Shown: positions 29,327 through 38,817, numbered from the stretch's first letter. The stretch is 64,000 bases of DNA from Candidatus Latescibacterota bacterium (GCA_965261395.1 OZ253462.1:2080001-2144000); one strand, 5' to 3'. Notes: generated from the sequence alone by a model not told the origin. Made by a program: numbers and translations.

Positions 29327-30640
29327 CTAAAAGCGGCGATCCAGCGCCCATTCGGCCCAGGATCGCACGTATTCATTGCCCTGCTGACGCGCCCGTTGCA
29401 AGGAGACTACCGCCGCATCTGGTGCACGCCATTTGGCCAGCGTCATAGCTGCGTTTTCGCGCAGCGGCGCATCGGACAAAGACCAAGGCGTCATAGCGCG
29501 GCTATCGTCCAGCGCGTGCGCCAAGGCCGGTACTACCGCCGGCACCCGGCCCATATTGCCCAAGGAGTCGGCGGCATTGCGGCAGACCCATTCGCTGTCG
29601 TCCTGCAATGCTGCGGCAAGGGCTGGGGCCGCATCCTGAGCTTCGGCACCCATGCAGCCCAAGGCCGTGGCCGCACCGGCGCGCAGCCACCAGTCCCGAT
29701 CCTGCAACGCCTCGATGAGCGCGAGCACGGCCACAGCGCCAGCCGCGGCCAGCCCGTAGGGGCTTTCCAACTGGCTGGGATTGGTAAAATCGCCGCGCTC
29801 GATATTGGCTTGCCAACGCCGGGCGGACTCGTCTTTTAACGTCGTCATCAATGCTGGCACCCCTTTGGCTCCCAGCGCCCCCAAGTCGTAATAGGCATCC
29901 AGCCGCACCCGTTCATCGGGATCCTGCAAAGCCGCCTGCAAGACTTCCACCGATCGCTGCGGCCTCAATGTGGGGGCCTGTCCCCCGTACCAGCGCCACA
30001 GCGTGCGGTACAGAGCCGCGTGACGTCCTGTCGGCATCCACTTACTGCGCTGTTCTGGCCGGCTCTCCTCAGTGCGGGCAAAGAGGAACTTCAGCATATA
30101 GCGCGTCCGGGGCGAGCGATTGGCCGTGGCCCGGTGCCACAATTCGTAGTGGGTGATGACCGCAGTGCCCGCCGCGCAGGTCAGGGCCAACCCTTCGACC
30201 TCAGCGCCGGGGCCATCCATATAGTACTGAGTCCCGGGCACCAGCGCCGTAGGCCCCATATCCGGCGTCACCTCGTGCGGATAGTACAGCATCAGAACAT
30301 AGCGCGGGCGGTGGTAGCGCACATTGCCGCCGAAGGGATAATCCTTGTGCCAAGCTTGGGCTTGGTTGCCCGGCGCGAGATCGTGGCAGTGGCAATGGCG
30401 GTGGAGGGCGTACCCCGGCCCCAAAATACCGCTCAAGGCCGCGTCTATTGCCGGATCGGCGAACAACTGATGCAATAGGGGAATGCGCTCTATCAGGTCG
30501 TTGCCCGGATTGCCCGTGGCGAGCACGCCTTCGACCTGACGGTGCAATTCGCCGTGTAGGTCCGCGGTCGCGGTCGGTTGCACCACGCGGTATCCCCGGA
30601 TGATGAAATCCTGCAAGGACGCATCGCTTAGACGGTTCAT
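29327..30640 (-). CDS. PhyH-family dioxygenase fused to HEAT repeats (paralog)
   Basis: WHKD, YYPHEVTPDMGPT, WHRATAN; HEAT repeats. Confidence 0.85.
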   Translation of the reverse strand: MNRLSDASLQDFIIRGYRVVQPTATADLHGELHRQVEGVLATGNPGNDLIERIPLLHQLFADPAIDAALSGILGPGYALHRHCHCHDLAPGNQAQAWHKDYPFGGNVRYHRPRYVLMLYYPHEVTPDMGPTALVPGTQYYMDGPGAEVEGLALTCAAGTAVITHYELWHRATANRSPRTRYMLKFLFARTEESRPEQRSKWMPTGRHAALYRTLWRWYGGQAPTLRPQRSVEVLQAALQDPDERVRLDAYYDLGALGAKGVPALMTTLKDESARRWQANIERGDFTNPSQLESPYGLAAAGAVAVLALIEALQDRDWWLRAGAATALGCMGAEAQDAAPALAAALQDDSEWVCRNAADSLGNMGRVPAVVPALAHALDDSRAMTPWSLSDAPLRENAAMTLAKWRAPDAAVVSLQRARQQGNEYVRSWAEWALDRRF

Positions 30641-31731
30641 CAGCTTATCCTCACTTCCCGGCCCTCGGTGGCCGAGCGGTACAGGCCGTCGAGGGCGGCC
30701 ATGACGTTGAGTACTTCCTCTTTTTTGACCAACAACTCGGCCCGTCCCTCAAGCACCTCGACGAAGTGGGCCGCGGCTTTCCAATGGCCTGAGAAGGGCA
30801 CCGATGGGTCGGATGGCACATTGAGCCGGGTGTCGGCTTGATAGTGCCCCAAGGTGCCGATAAAGGTGAGGGGATTAAACGTGAGGCCGCCCTTAGTGCC
30901 CATGAGGAGGGTGCCGCCAGTGCCATCGGGCAGATTGGCCGCCCAACTGGCCCTAATGCTGATGGTGGCGTCGGTTTCCAGGCGCAAAAAGCCAGCGGCC
31001 ATATCCTCGACATCGTACTCGCTGAGGTCGTAGTCCCGGGGCGCGAACACGCCCTCGGGAGCGCCGCTGTCGGCCAGCGACGTGACCACATCTTCGCGCT
31101 GGTCGGCCAGTTTGGTATACGTCGCGCCCGAGGCGGCCACCACTTTGGGATTGCCCATGATCCACAGCAGGGCGTCGAGCGCGTGGACGCCAATGTCGTA
31201 GAGGGGACCGCCGCCCGAGGCTTCTTTCATGTGGAAGCGACCCCAAGTGGGCACGCCGCGGCGGCGGAAGGCCGAAGTCTCGGCGTAGTACATTTCGCCC
31301 AAGTGCCCGCTGGCAGCCAGTTGCTTGGCAGCAGTATTGGTGCCGGAGAAACGGCCTGTCTGGGTAACGAATAGATGGCGTCCGGCGGCCTCGGCCGCTG
31401 CGTACATGGCCACGGCATCGGCATGGCTGGCGGCGATGGGTTTTTCGCAAAAGACGTGGGCACCGGCTTGGAGGACAGCTTCGGTGTAGGCGCGATGCGA
31501 GACATTGGGGGTGCAGACGGAGACGATATCGGGGCGCAACTCGTCCATCATGCGCCCGCAGTCGTCGTACGCGTGGGGGATGCCGTGGCGGTCGGCGGTC
31601 TGTTGGGCCTTGGCCAAGGTGTGATTGAACACGCCGATCACTTCTACGGCTGGAGCCAACTCCAGCCAAGCGGGGATGTGACCGACGTTGGCGACCATGC
31701 CAGCGCCGATGATGGCTACTTTGTATGACAT
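30640..31731 (-). CDS. Gfo/Idh/MocA-family oxidoreductase
   Basis: IIGAG, HVFCEKP, GGGPLYDIGVH. Confidence 0.92.
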   Translation of the reverse strand: MSYKVAIIGAGMVANVGHIPAWLELAPAVEVIGVFNHTLAKAQQTADRHGIPHAYDDCGRMMDELRPDIVSVCTPNVSHRAYTEAVLQAGAHVFCEKPIAASHADAVAMYAAAEAAGRHLFVTQTGRFSGTNTAAKQLAASGHLGEMYYAETSAFRRRGVPTWGRFHMKEASGGGPLYDIGVHALDALLWIMGNPKVVAASGATYTKLADQREDVVTSLADSGAPEGVFAPRDYDLSEYDVEDMAAGFLRLETDATISIRASWAANLPDGTGGTLLMGTKGGLTFNPLTFIGTLGHYQADTRLNVPSDPSVPFSGHWKAAAHFVEVLEGRAELLVKKEEVLNVMAALDGLYRSATEGREVRIS

Positions 31732-31737
31732 GTTTTC

Positions 31738-32667
31738 TTATACCTCCCAATCCTCTTGCTGTTGCAACGCATATAAAGACGTATATCCCCCCGACCAATC
31801 CGGCGGAATGAGACAAGGCCGCGGGTCGTGATAGGCCCAGCGCGCCGCTTTGCCCCGCACAATAGACCCCGAGTACTGAGGGCTGTCCAAGGGGTTGGCC
31901 GTATAGGGAAAGGCATCGGCCGCCGAATAGATATTGAGCAACAAGGGCCGCCCCTTGGGCGATAAATTCTTCTTGGACCCATGTACGGTGCGGCAATTGT
32001 GGATGGTGATGGACCCGGCTGACCCCTGCATATACTCGACGCGGCCGAGATCAACCTGGGGCAGATCCTGCTCGGCGATACAGCCGACCCATTGTCCAGA
32101 AGCATTGTACTGATCGAACAAAGGCCCGTTGTGGCTGCCGGCGACTCCGGCCAAAGGCCCTTGGTCGTCATCGACGTCGTACAGGTACGTGCCAATGGTC
32201 AAGGGGCTGTAATTGGTATGCGGCCAGTATGTAATGTCCTGGTGCCACTTGACCTCCTCGCCGCCTTCGGACCACTTGAAATTCAATTTGGAATGGTGGT
32301 ACTTGACGTCCGGGCCGACCAGATCGGCGGCTACGTCAGCCAACATTGACTGAGAGGCAAACTCCCAATAGACCGGGTGCTGGTCCACCGGGCTGGTAAG
32401 GCGTCGCAGACGGGGGTTGTCGGCCGCGTGATCGGGCTCTAGATCGAAAACCGCGTCCGATTCAGTCAGGCCGCGACTGCGCTCGACCATTTCGTTGGTG
32501 ACGGCCAACAAGCGCTCAATCCACTCCGGCCCGATGAGGTTTTCGACCAATAGGAAGCCCTTGTCGAAATAGGATTGCCGCTGCTCTGGGGTGAGGACCT
32601 TGGGAGGGTGTTGCAGAATTTGTTCGGGCGTCATGATCCTGTCTCCTCTGCTTTGTAGTTCGGCCAA
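31738..32667 (-). CDS. PhyH-family 2OG/Fe(II) dioxygenase
   Basis: HHSKLNFK, WHQD, HNCRTVHGS. The start may be the internal ATG (MTPEQIL). Confidence 0.9.
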   Translation of the reverse strand: MAELQSRGDRIMTPEQILQHPPKVLTPEQRQSYFDKGFLLVENLIGPEWIERLLAVTNEMVERSRGLTESDAVFDLEPDHAADNPRLRRLTSPVDQHPVYWEFASQSMLADVAADLVGPDVKYHHSKLNFKWSEGGEEVKWHQDITYWPHTNYSPLTIGTYLYDVDDDQGPLAGVAGSHNGPLFDQYNASGQWVGCIAEQDLPQVDLGRVEYMQGSAGSITIHNCRTVHGSKKNLSPKGRPLLLNIYSAADAFPYTANPLDSPQYSGSIVRGKAARWAYHDPRPCLIPPDWSGGYTSLYALQQQEDWEV

Positions 32668-32776
32668 CGCATATTATGTATGCTAGCGAATTCGCGCGCA
32701 CTGCTCAAGTCCGCAGGGGGAGCGGATTAAAAACACTGGTCCTAAGTACACGACACCTGACCTGAGTGCGCGTTTT

Positions 32777-33301
32777 ATGATGTCTCCTTATAAAGTGATC
32801 CGCCTGAGCCAGCTCCCCGGTCAAGCCGTGCTCGACAGCGGGACAGTAGGCTTGCTGCCCTTTGCGCCGTTGATGCAGCCGCCAGCCGGTCAGGCCGAGG
32901 CAACGTGGTTAGAGCAGTGCGTAGCCCGGGCGGCGGCCGTGCCGCTGGGTCGGGCGGTCAAGGCCGATTTTCTAGCTGGACTGGCGATCTTGAGTGGGTT
33001 GGTATATAATCCGCAGACGATCATGGCCATTGTTTCCAAGGAGCATCTCATGGACCTCATCCGCGAATCCTCGTTTGCCCAGTACCTCGCCGAAAGTGCC
33101 CGTGAGGAAGGCATTGAGCAAGGGATCCAAGAAAGCATCCAAGAAGTGTTGGCTCTGCGCTTTCAGCCGGAGGATATGCACCCGTTGGCCCGCCGCATTG
33201 GGGCCATTGACGATGTGCAGCGACTCAAGCAGTTGTTTCGGGCGGCCATACAGATGCCCAGTCTCGAAGCCTTCAGGCACCTGTTAGACGCCGACGAGTA
33301 G
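32777..33301 (+). pseudogene. Rpn/YhgA-like (recombination-promoting nuclease) C-terminal remnant
   Basis: YKVIRL...GLLPFAPLM, IRESSFAQYL, REEGIEQG, LALRF; no N-terminal PD-(D/E)xK domain. Confidence 0.7.
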
Positions 33302-33345
33302 GCCCGCCGCGTCTACCGCTTGCGGCCTGTGGCCCCGTCGCCCGC

Positions 33346-33366
33346 CGTCATTCCCGCGCACGCGGG
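33346..33366. repeat. CGTC-type REP-like hairpin (degenerate)
   Basis: CGTCATTCCCGCGCACGCGGG. Confidence 0.5.
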
Positions 33367-33507
33367 TAGATCAGAAAAGAGATATCGGACAAGCACAACA
33401 TCATTCATCGAGTAATCGGGCATACACATCGTCCTCTTTATTATCCCAAATCTGTTTCAGAGTTTTCTCGCTAGCTTCCGGCCAGAAAGTATCATCGTCG
33501 GGCAACA

Positions 33508-34803
33508 ATGAGCGCAGAACACCACACCGTAATCATCGTCGGCGGTGGGCCGGCGGGCCTGCCGTTGGCTGTGGTCTTGGGCGGCTGGCATCCTTTCTTC
33601 CGCAGCAGCCGCATGTTTGCCACGCGCTACGCACCCCTCGCCAGGTACTTGCAGCAGTTCGACCGCACGCTGTTAGGGCTGGATATGCAGCATCTCGTGC
33701 AGAGCGGCATCAAGCCCGTCGATTTGTTTCGCACCTTGCACCACCCGCGCCAGCTCTTTGAGGAAATGGACCAAGTCGCCATGGACTTTCGGCGCGGCGA
33801 GCCGCTGGACGCGCTGCTCATCAGCCGCGAGCCGGTCGGCGGATTGTGGAACCGAGCGCCGCAAAACCTGCTGACCTTGTCGCCGGGTCAATGGATGGAG
33901 TTTGCCTTTTATCCGCTGGCGCAGCACGCCGCAGAAATCGGGCACTCTTTAGACGTCAACGCCCTGATCCTCAAGACCGATCTGATCGAGTACTATCACC
34001 GCGTGCCCGAGCGCTTTGGGGTGGCAGAGCGCATTCGCACCTTTGAGGAGGTCGAGCGGATTGAGCCGCACGCAAGGGGCTTTCAGCTCACCAGTCGGCA
34101 CGTGCAAACGGGCGTTGAACAGCGCTACACCTGTAAGTACTTGATCCTCGCAACCGGCCAGCGCGGTCGCCTGCGCTCCCTCGGAGTGGAGGGCGAGGAC
34201 TGGCCTTTTGTCACTTCTCACTACGACAAGCCCGCAGACTTCCCCGGCGAGCGGGTGCTCGTCGTCGGCGGCGGGCGCTCGGGCGATTGGGCCGCAACCG
34301 AATTGCACGACGCCGGCAAGCAGGTGTACTACGCCATGCGCCAAGGGCTAGCGGTCCATTGGCAGCTCATCAACGACAGCCGCCACGGGCTACCCTATTA
34401 CCATCGCATCGCCGCAATCCTCGAAAGCCGCTCGCCCCGGCTCAACACCTTGTATCACACTCACGTGACGCAGATCGCCGAGGACGGACGGGTCGAGCTG
34501 AAAACGCCCGAAGGGAACCAAGTGGTGGAGGTCGATCACGTGGTCAAGGAAATCGGCGGCACCGCCGACTATTCGATCTTACAGGGCTTTGCGCCGCTGA
34601 CCCTGACGCCGATGCGCGACAACTACCGATTCCAAATCGATCAAGTCCAAACCCACGCCCACAACTACGAGTCGATTGACGTCCCCAACTTGTACATCGG
34701 CGGCTATCTCGCGGCCGGGCTCGGCCTAGTCGTCATTGCCATGCACGGGACGACCTACGCGATTGCCGGGGATATTCTTCAGAAAGAAGGGCGGCTCTTG
34801 TAA
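33508..34803 (+). CDS. FAD/NAD(P)-dependent oxidoreductase, OSGIN-like
   Basis: Two Rossmann motifs (IVGGGPAG, VVGGGRSG), ILATG, and GGLWNRAPQNLLTLSPGQWM. Confidence 0.8.
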   Translation: MSAEHHTVIIVGGGPAGLPLAVVLGGWHPFFRSSRMFATRYAPLARYLQQFDRTLLGLDMQHLVQSGIKPVDLFRTLHHPRQLFEEMDQVAMDFRRGEPLDALLISREPVGGLWNRAPQNLLTLSPGQWMEFAFYPLAQHAAEIGHSLDVNALILKTDLIEYYHRVPERFGVAERIRTFEEVERIEPHARGFQLTSRHVQTGVEQRYTCKYLILATGQRGRLRSLGVEGEDWPFVTSHYDKPADFPGERVLVVGGGRSGDWAATELHDAGKQVYYAMRQGLAVHWQLINDSRHGLPYYHRIAAILESRSPRLNTLYHTHVTQIAEDGRVELKTPEGNQVVEVDHVVKEIGGTADYSILQGFAPLTLTPMRDNYRFQIDQVQTHAHNYESIDVPNLYIGGYLAAGLGLVVIAMHGTTYAIAGDILQKEGRLL

Positions 34804-34825
34804 CTTTTCCCCACCGCCAATCGTT
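34799..34825 (+). promoter_or_regulatory. ECF-sigma-type promoter
   Basis: TGTAAC-N17-CGTT directly upstream of the sigma remnant/anti-sigma/DUF4252 operon. Confidence 0.6.
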
Positions 34826-34855
34826 AGTATAGGCGAAGGACGATGAGAAGCCGCT

Positions 34856-34921
34856 ATGGGACGTTTCTGCCGGCTCTGCCAACGTGGGCGGAGACGCCTG
34901 CGCGCCCTTTTACAGGAATAG
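34856..34921 (+). pseudogene. Internally deleted ECF sigma factor remnant
   Basis: 21-aa ORF MGRFCRLCQRGRRRLRALLQE ends 3 nt before the anti-sigma ATG; its tail resembles the ECF region 4 end. Confidence 0.5.
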
Positions 34922-34924
34922 ATC

Positions 34925-35382
34925 ATGCCTTGCTCCTGGATCCAAGAGCGGATCGAAGCCTATATCGACGGCGAGTTGACGCCTGTTGAGCAGGGCCGCA
35001 TCGAAGCCCATGCAGCGACTTGCGCGGCCTGCCCTCGCTCACCAGCCCCGATGCGGTCTCCCAAGCTCTCCAAGACCGCATCCATCGGACGCGACAGGAC
35101 CGCTGGCGAACCACTGCCAAGAGGTGGTACAAACCCCTTGCTGCCGCAGCCGTTCTGGCCTTGATCGCCGGCCGTCTCCTATTCGACCCAGAGCCTGTGC
35201 CACCGGCCTTTAGTCCTAAAGAAATTGCCCAAGCTCGCCGCCAAGTAGAGTGGACCCTAGCCTATTTGGGCGACCTGAACAGCCGCATGGGCACCACAGT
35301 GCGCGACGACGTGATCCAGCAGCGCTTAGTCCAGCCGCTACGCCTCAACCTAGACACTATCCTACCCGTCCAAACCATGTGA
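34925..35382 (+). pseudogene. zf-HC2 anti-sigma factor, frameshifted
   Basis: MPCSWIQERIEAYIDGELT...HAATCAAC in one frame; LRGLPSL...TM...C-terminus in another; switch at about 35019-35031. Confidence 0.8.
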
Positions 35383-35393
35383 GGAGTTTTGCC

Positions 35394-35981
35394 ATGTTCT
35401 CTTTTTACGCTCTGCTTCTCTTTGCCGTCGCCGTTGGTCCCACTAGCGCGTGGGCCGCCACACCGGTGGAAGAGCAACCTGGGTACATCGATTTTTCTTC
35501 CTTGGGATTATTCGATGGTCCCGAGCCGGAAACTGCTATCGAGATCTACCTGAAAGACTCACTCCTCGACTTGGTGGCTGCGGCTACCCGCTTTGAAGAC
35601 AAAGAACTAGCCGATATGCTGGAGGCCCTGTACCTCATCCGCTTCCAAGCTTACCAAAAGGCGGAGGGTCAAAACCTAGATACGTCGTACGATTACGAGC
35701 GCATCTCCGAACGGCTCAAAGCCCTCACCTTGCCCGACTGGGAGCTAGTGGTGCGGGTGCGCGAACTCGACCAGCGGGTGCAGTTCTACGTGCGCACCGA
35801 GGATGAGACCATCGTCGGGCTTTTGGTCTTGGCTGACGATCCTGACGAATTTGTCTTCATCAATATCGTCGGCCCCCTCGACCTAGCCCAAGTGGGGCGC
35901 ATTGGCCGCAAGTTCGACATAGCGCCTTTGGACAGCATTGACTTTGGGGCGGCTAGCCCTAAAGCGCCGCAGAAAGACTAG
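35394..35981 (+). CDS. DUF4252-like secreted protein
   Basis: GAGGAG RBS, signal peptide, WELVVRVRE and FVFINIVGPLDL; typical ECF operon context. Confidence 0.75.
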   Translation: MFSFYALLLFAVAVGPTSAWAATPVEEQPGYIDFSSLGLFDGPEPETAIEIYLKDSLLDLVAAATRFEDKELADMLEALYLIRFQAYQKAEGQNLDTSYDYERISERLKALTLPDWELVVRVRELDQRVQFYVRTEDETIVGLLVLADDPDEFVFINIVGPLDLAQVGRIGRKFDIAPLDSIDFGAASPKAPQKD

Positions 35982-35983
35982 CT

Positions 35984-37609
35984 ATGACCAAATTGGCCTT
36001 GTATGCGGCCATCGCGCTGGGTATGACCGGTTGCTTCCGCGCTGCGGACTTAGGCCAGTTGCGCCGGGAAATAGAATGGGAACTCCCCGAGGTCCAATAC
36101 GAGCGGCAAATTGAAATGAGCTTTGGCCCCATGAGCGTGGGCTTTGCTCGCTTGGTCACCTTTTTCGTGCCCCCTAGCTGGCGGGTGCGCGGTATGCTGA
36201 GCGAAATCCACGCGGTCAAAGTGGGCGTGTACACGGCCCGCCACACTCCTTTCCGGCAGGATTTGAGGATACCGCCCCGGATCCAAGAATTGTTGACGCG
36301 CAAAAATTGGGAAGTGGTCCTCAAAGTACGCGAAGGCCGAGAAGTGGCTTGGTTGCTCTACCGCATCCGCGGTCAGACAGTAGATCAAATGCACCTCATC
36401 GTCCTCAGCGACGAAGACCTAATTTTGGTCCGTTTTGAGGGTCGCTTGGAGCGCTTGCTCGCCCGGGCTCTGCAATATCCCCGCGACTTAGGCACCGGAC
36501 GTTTCGCCGGCTGGCAGGGCCCCCGCGACTTAGAGACCAGCCATTTCGCCGACTGGCAGGGCCAGTGGGACCGAGGCCACAGGGAATTGCTGGAATGGCA
36601 GCCAGAAGGCTTGGTCGCCCAGTACAACAAAGTTGACGGCCTCTATCTAGGCTGGCGTCCCCGGATTCTCTTCAACGACTTTTCCCGCTTGGTGCAATAC
36701 GGCGAGTTGGGTCGGGGCTTGGGCAGCGACTACTGGCATTACCAGTTGGGAGCTGAGTGGCTGGCGGTGGGGCGGAACTGGGGGGCGTACGCGGCGCGTT
36801 TAGGTGCTGAGTTACACGATCTGACCGATACCCAAGATCACTGGCTATTGTCGGCCGAGGAAAATTCGCTGGATGCGGTGCTGTTCCGGCGCGATTTCCG
36901 CGATTACTATCGCCGCACGGGCTTCAGCGCATATGCGGTGCAGGGTCTAGGCACTGACCTGAGCTTGACCGTCCGCTATACCCAAGACGATTTCTCTTCC
37001 CTAGCAAACAGCGTCCAATGGGCCTTGTTCGGCCGCTTGGGCCCGGACAGCTTCCGCCCCAATCCAGCCATTGACGAGGAGCGCTACAAAAGCCTGCGGG
37101 CCGAACTGCGCTGGGACAGCCGCGATAGCCGCCACAGCCCCCGGCGCGGCTGGTTTGTCAATGGCTTTGGCGAGCGGGCCGGAGGAACTTGGGGCGGGGA
37201 CCGCGACTTTGCGCGCTATGTCCTCGATGTGCGGCGCTACCAGCCCGTCAGCCAATACAGCCGCCTCGACCTGCGTCTGCGTCTAGGACGGGCCACCGGA
37301 TCAGTACCGCGGCAGTACCACTTTGACTTGGGCGGTTTTTCTTCTTTGCGCGGCTATGGTTTCAAGGAGTTCAGCGGCGATAGAATGGCACTGTTCAACG
37401 CCGAGCACTGGCTGCAAGGGGGGCGGGTAAATGTGGGCTTTTTCGCCGATGCTGGTTCGGCTTGGCTGGCGGACGAGGCCGATTTCGATCTGCAAGTTAG
37501 CGGTGGCCTAGGGCTGCACAGGGATAATTTCCGCCTCTACATTGCCCGCCCTGTCTCCAACCAGACGCGCGACCTCGATCTGTCTCTGCGCTTCAGCCGG
37601 ACGTTTTGA
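35984..37609 (+). CDS. Lipoprotein with DUF4252-like domain fused to an Omp85/BamA-like beta-barrel
   Basis: Lipobox MTGC, WEVVLKVRE...VRFEGRL, then DSRDSRHSPRRG, LGGFSSLRGY, FADAG and a terminal Phe. Confidence 0.7.
   Translation: MTKLALYAAIALGMTGCFRAADLGQLRREIEWELPEVQYERQIEMSFGPMSVGFARLVTFFVPPSWRVRGMLSEIHAVKVGVYTARHTPFRQDLRIPPRIQELLTRKNWEVVLKVREGREVAWLLYRIRGQTVDQMHLIVLSDEDLILVRFEGRLERLLARALQYPRDLGTGRFAGWQGPRDLETSHFADWQGQWDRGHRELLEWQPEGLVAQYNKVDGLYLGWRPRILFNDFSRLVQYGELGRGLGSDYWHYQLGAEWLAVGRNWGAYAARLGAELHDLTDTQDHWLLSAEENSLDAVLFRRDFRDYYRRTGFSAYAVQGLGTDLSLTVRYTQDDFSSLANSVQWALFGRLGPDSFRPNPAIDEERYKSLRAELRWDSRDSRHSPRRGWFVNGFGERAGGTWGGDRDFARYVLDVRRYQPVSQYSRLDLRLRLGRATGSVPRQYHFDLGGFSSLRGYGFKEFSGDRMALFNAEHWLQGGRVNVGFFADAGSAWLADEADFDLQVSGGLGLHRDNFRLYIARPVSNQTRDLDLSLRFSRTF
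36479..36562 (+). repeat. In-frame 42-bp tandem duplication in the domain linker
   Basis: PRDLGTGRFAGWQG / PRDLETSHFADWQG. Confidence 0.8.
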
Positions 37610-37648
37610 AATCGGGCAGTGTCAGCGGCCTCCTAGGGGCACCTACTC

Positions 37649-37850
37649 CCGCCTTCTGCATCGGCCGTACGGCTTGGTGTGCCCTCAACGGCCCTCAAAT
37701 CCCGGATACTGATACGGGCGGACAAAAAACAAAACCGTACTGCGAGCCCTGTCGAAGGACCTGCAAACGACCATCAGGGAGTTTTATCCGGCTCTTTGGG
37801 TGTTCAGCGACTTGAGAGAAGACTCAAAAGGTGCCTAATTTTTCCTATAC
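37649..37850 (+). mobile_element. IS91/ISCR-family 3' (oriIS) end, copy 1
   Basis: Homologous to 40487-40701; ends AAAAGGTGCCTAATTTTTCCTATAC, resembling the ISCR ori terminus (TTCCTATAC). Confidence 0.7.
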
Positions 37851-37953
37851 TTATTCGGATAAGGTAGCGACCCATGATATGCGTCAGGGATGGGATGGGC
37901 TAGTTATTGCGCGTGAACGAAACCAAACAGCGTAGGTTGTAGGAGAAGATTCG

Positions 37954-38817
37954 GTGAACCGGGACGAATTTAAAAAGGAAATAGAAAAGCTCAGTGGCGG
38001 TTTCAAGGTAGACGCTACCAAGATGGAGAAGTGGTTCGAAGGCACGCTAGGGATGTTGGACGCACTGGGAAAACAGAAGGGAGCCATTGGTCATCCAGGT
38101 CACCGGGGTTCGTCACGAGAGGAGCTACTGCTTGACCTATTAGGCAAGATGCTGCCAAGCGGATTGGCAGCGGTTAAGGGCTTCGCACTCACTGCCCTGA
38201 TGGCTGCCAGTAAGGAACAAGATATCTTGATTGTCGACAGGAATGTCGCGGGATCAATCCTGCCCGGAGAGAGCCTTTACTTCCCTATCGAGTCCTGTCT
38301 GGCTTCGATACAAGTAAAGTCGCAACTGACCAGGGCGACAATCAGGGATGCCGCGGTTAACTGCGTGAGTCTAAAGCATCTCGGGATGTTCGATGATGAA
38401 GCGCCATGGAACAGCAAGAACCACGGGATGTGTTTTGGCGTATTCGCCTATGGGACTGACTACGAACTTGCGAAGCTAGCTGAAGTTGTGAACGAGGAGT
38501 TGGAATCTGTGGAGCGGGATCTTTGGCCCAACCTTTTCTACGTACTTGGGGAAGGCATGCTTATCCCGGCGGACGATCAAGCGCGGATTTCGATGGACAA
38601 CGAGACGATGTTCACCGGACCGAAGTTCTGTACGGTCGCTGATATGGGACTCGTGCCGACGCTTGGGAAATCGTCGGCATATCCATTCCTATGGTTTCTA
38701 ACGAACATAATCGATCACTGCATCGAACAGAGAAAGGTGCGCGAGAGCCCCCTCTACAAGCAATACTGGTTGATGCTGTTCAAGATTCATGCAGCGATAA
38801 GGGAAAAGGAGGGGTAA
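37954..38817 (+). CDS. DUF6602-like putative PD-(D/E)xK nuclease
   Basis: HPGHRGSSRE, SKEQDILIVD, FPIESCLASIQVKSQL. Confidence 0.7.
   Translation: MNRDEFKKEIEKLSGGFKVDATKMEKWFEGTLGMLDALGKQKGAIGHPGHRGSSREELLLDLLGKMLPSGLAAVKGFALTALMAASKEQDILIVDRNVAGSILPGESLYFPIESCLASIQVKSQLTRATIRDAAVNCVSLKHLGMFDDEAPWNSKNHGMCFGVFAYGTDYELAKLAEVVNEELESVERDLWPNLFYVLGEGMLIPADDQARISMDNETMFTGPKFCTVADMGLVPTLGKSSAYPFLWFLTNIIDHCIEQRKVRESPLYKQYWLMLFKIHAAIREKEG

Noticed and set aside
28643-31996. Long alternative-frame ORFs (398 aa on +, 347 aa on -)
   Set aside because: These are shadow ORFs of GC-rich genes, with no motifs, overlapping well-supported CDSs.
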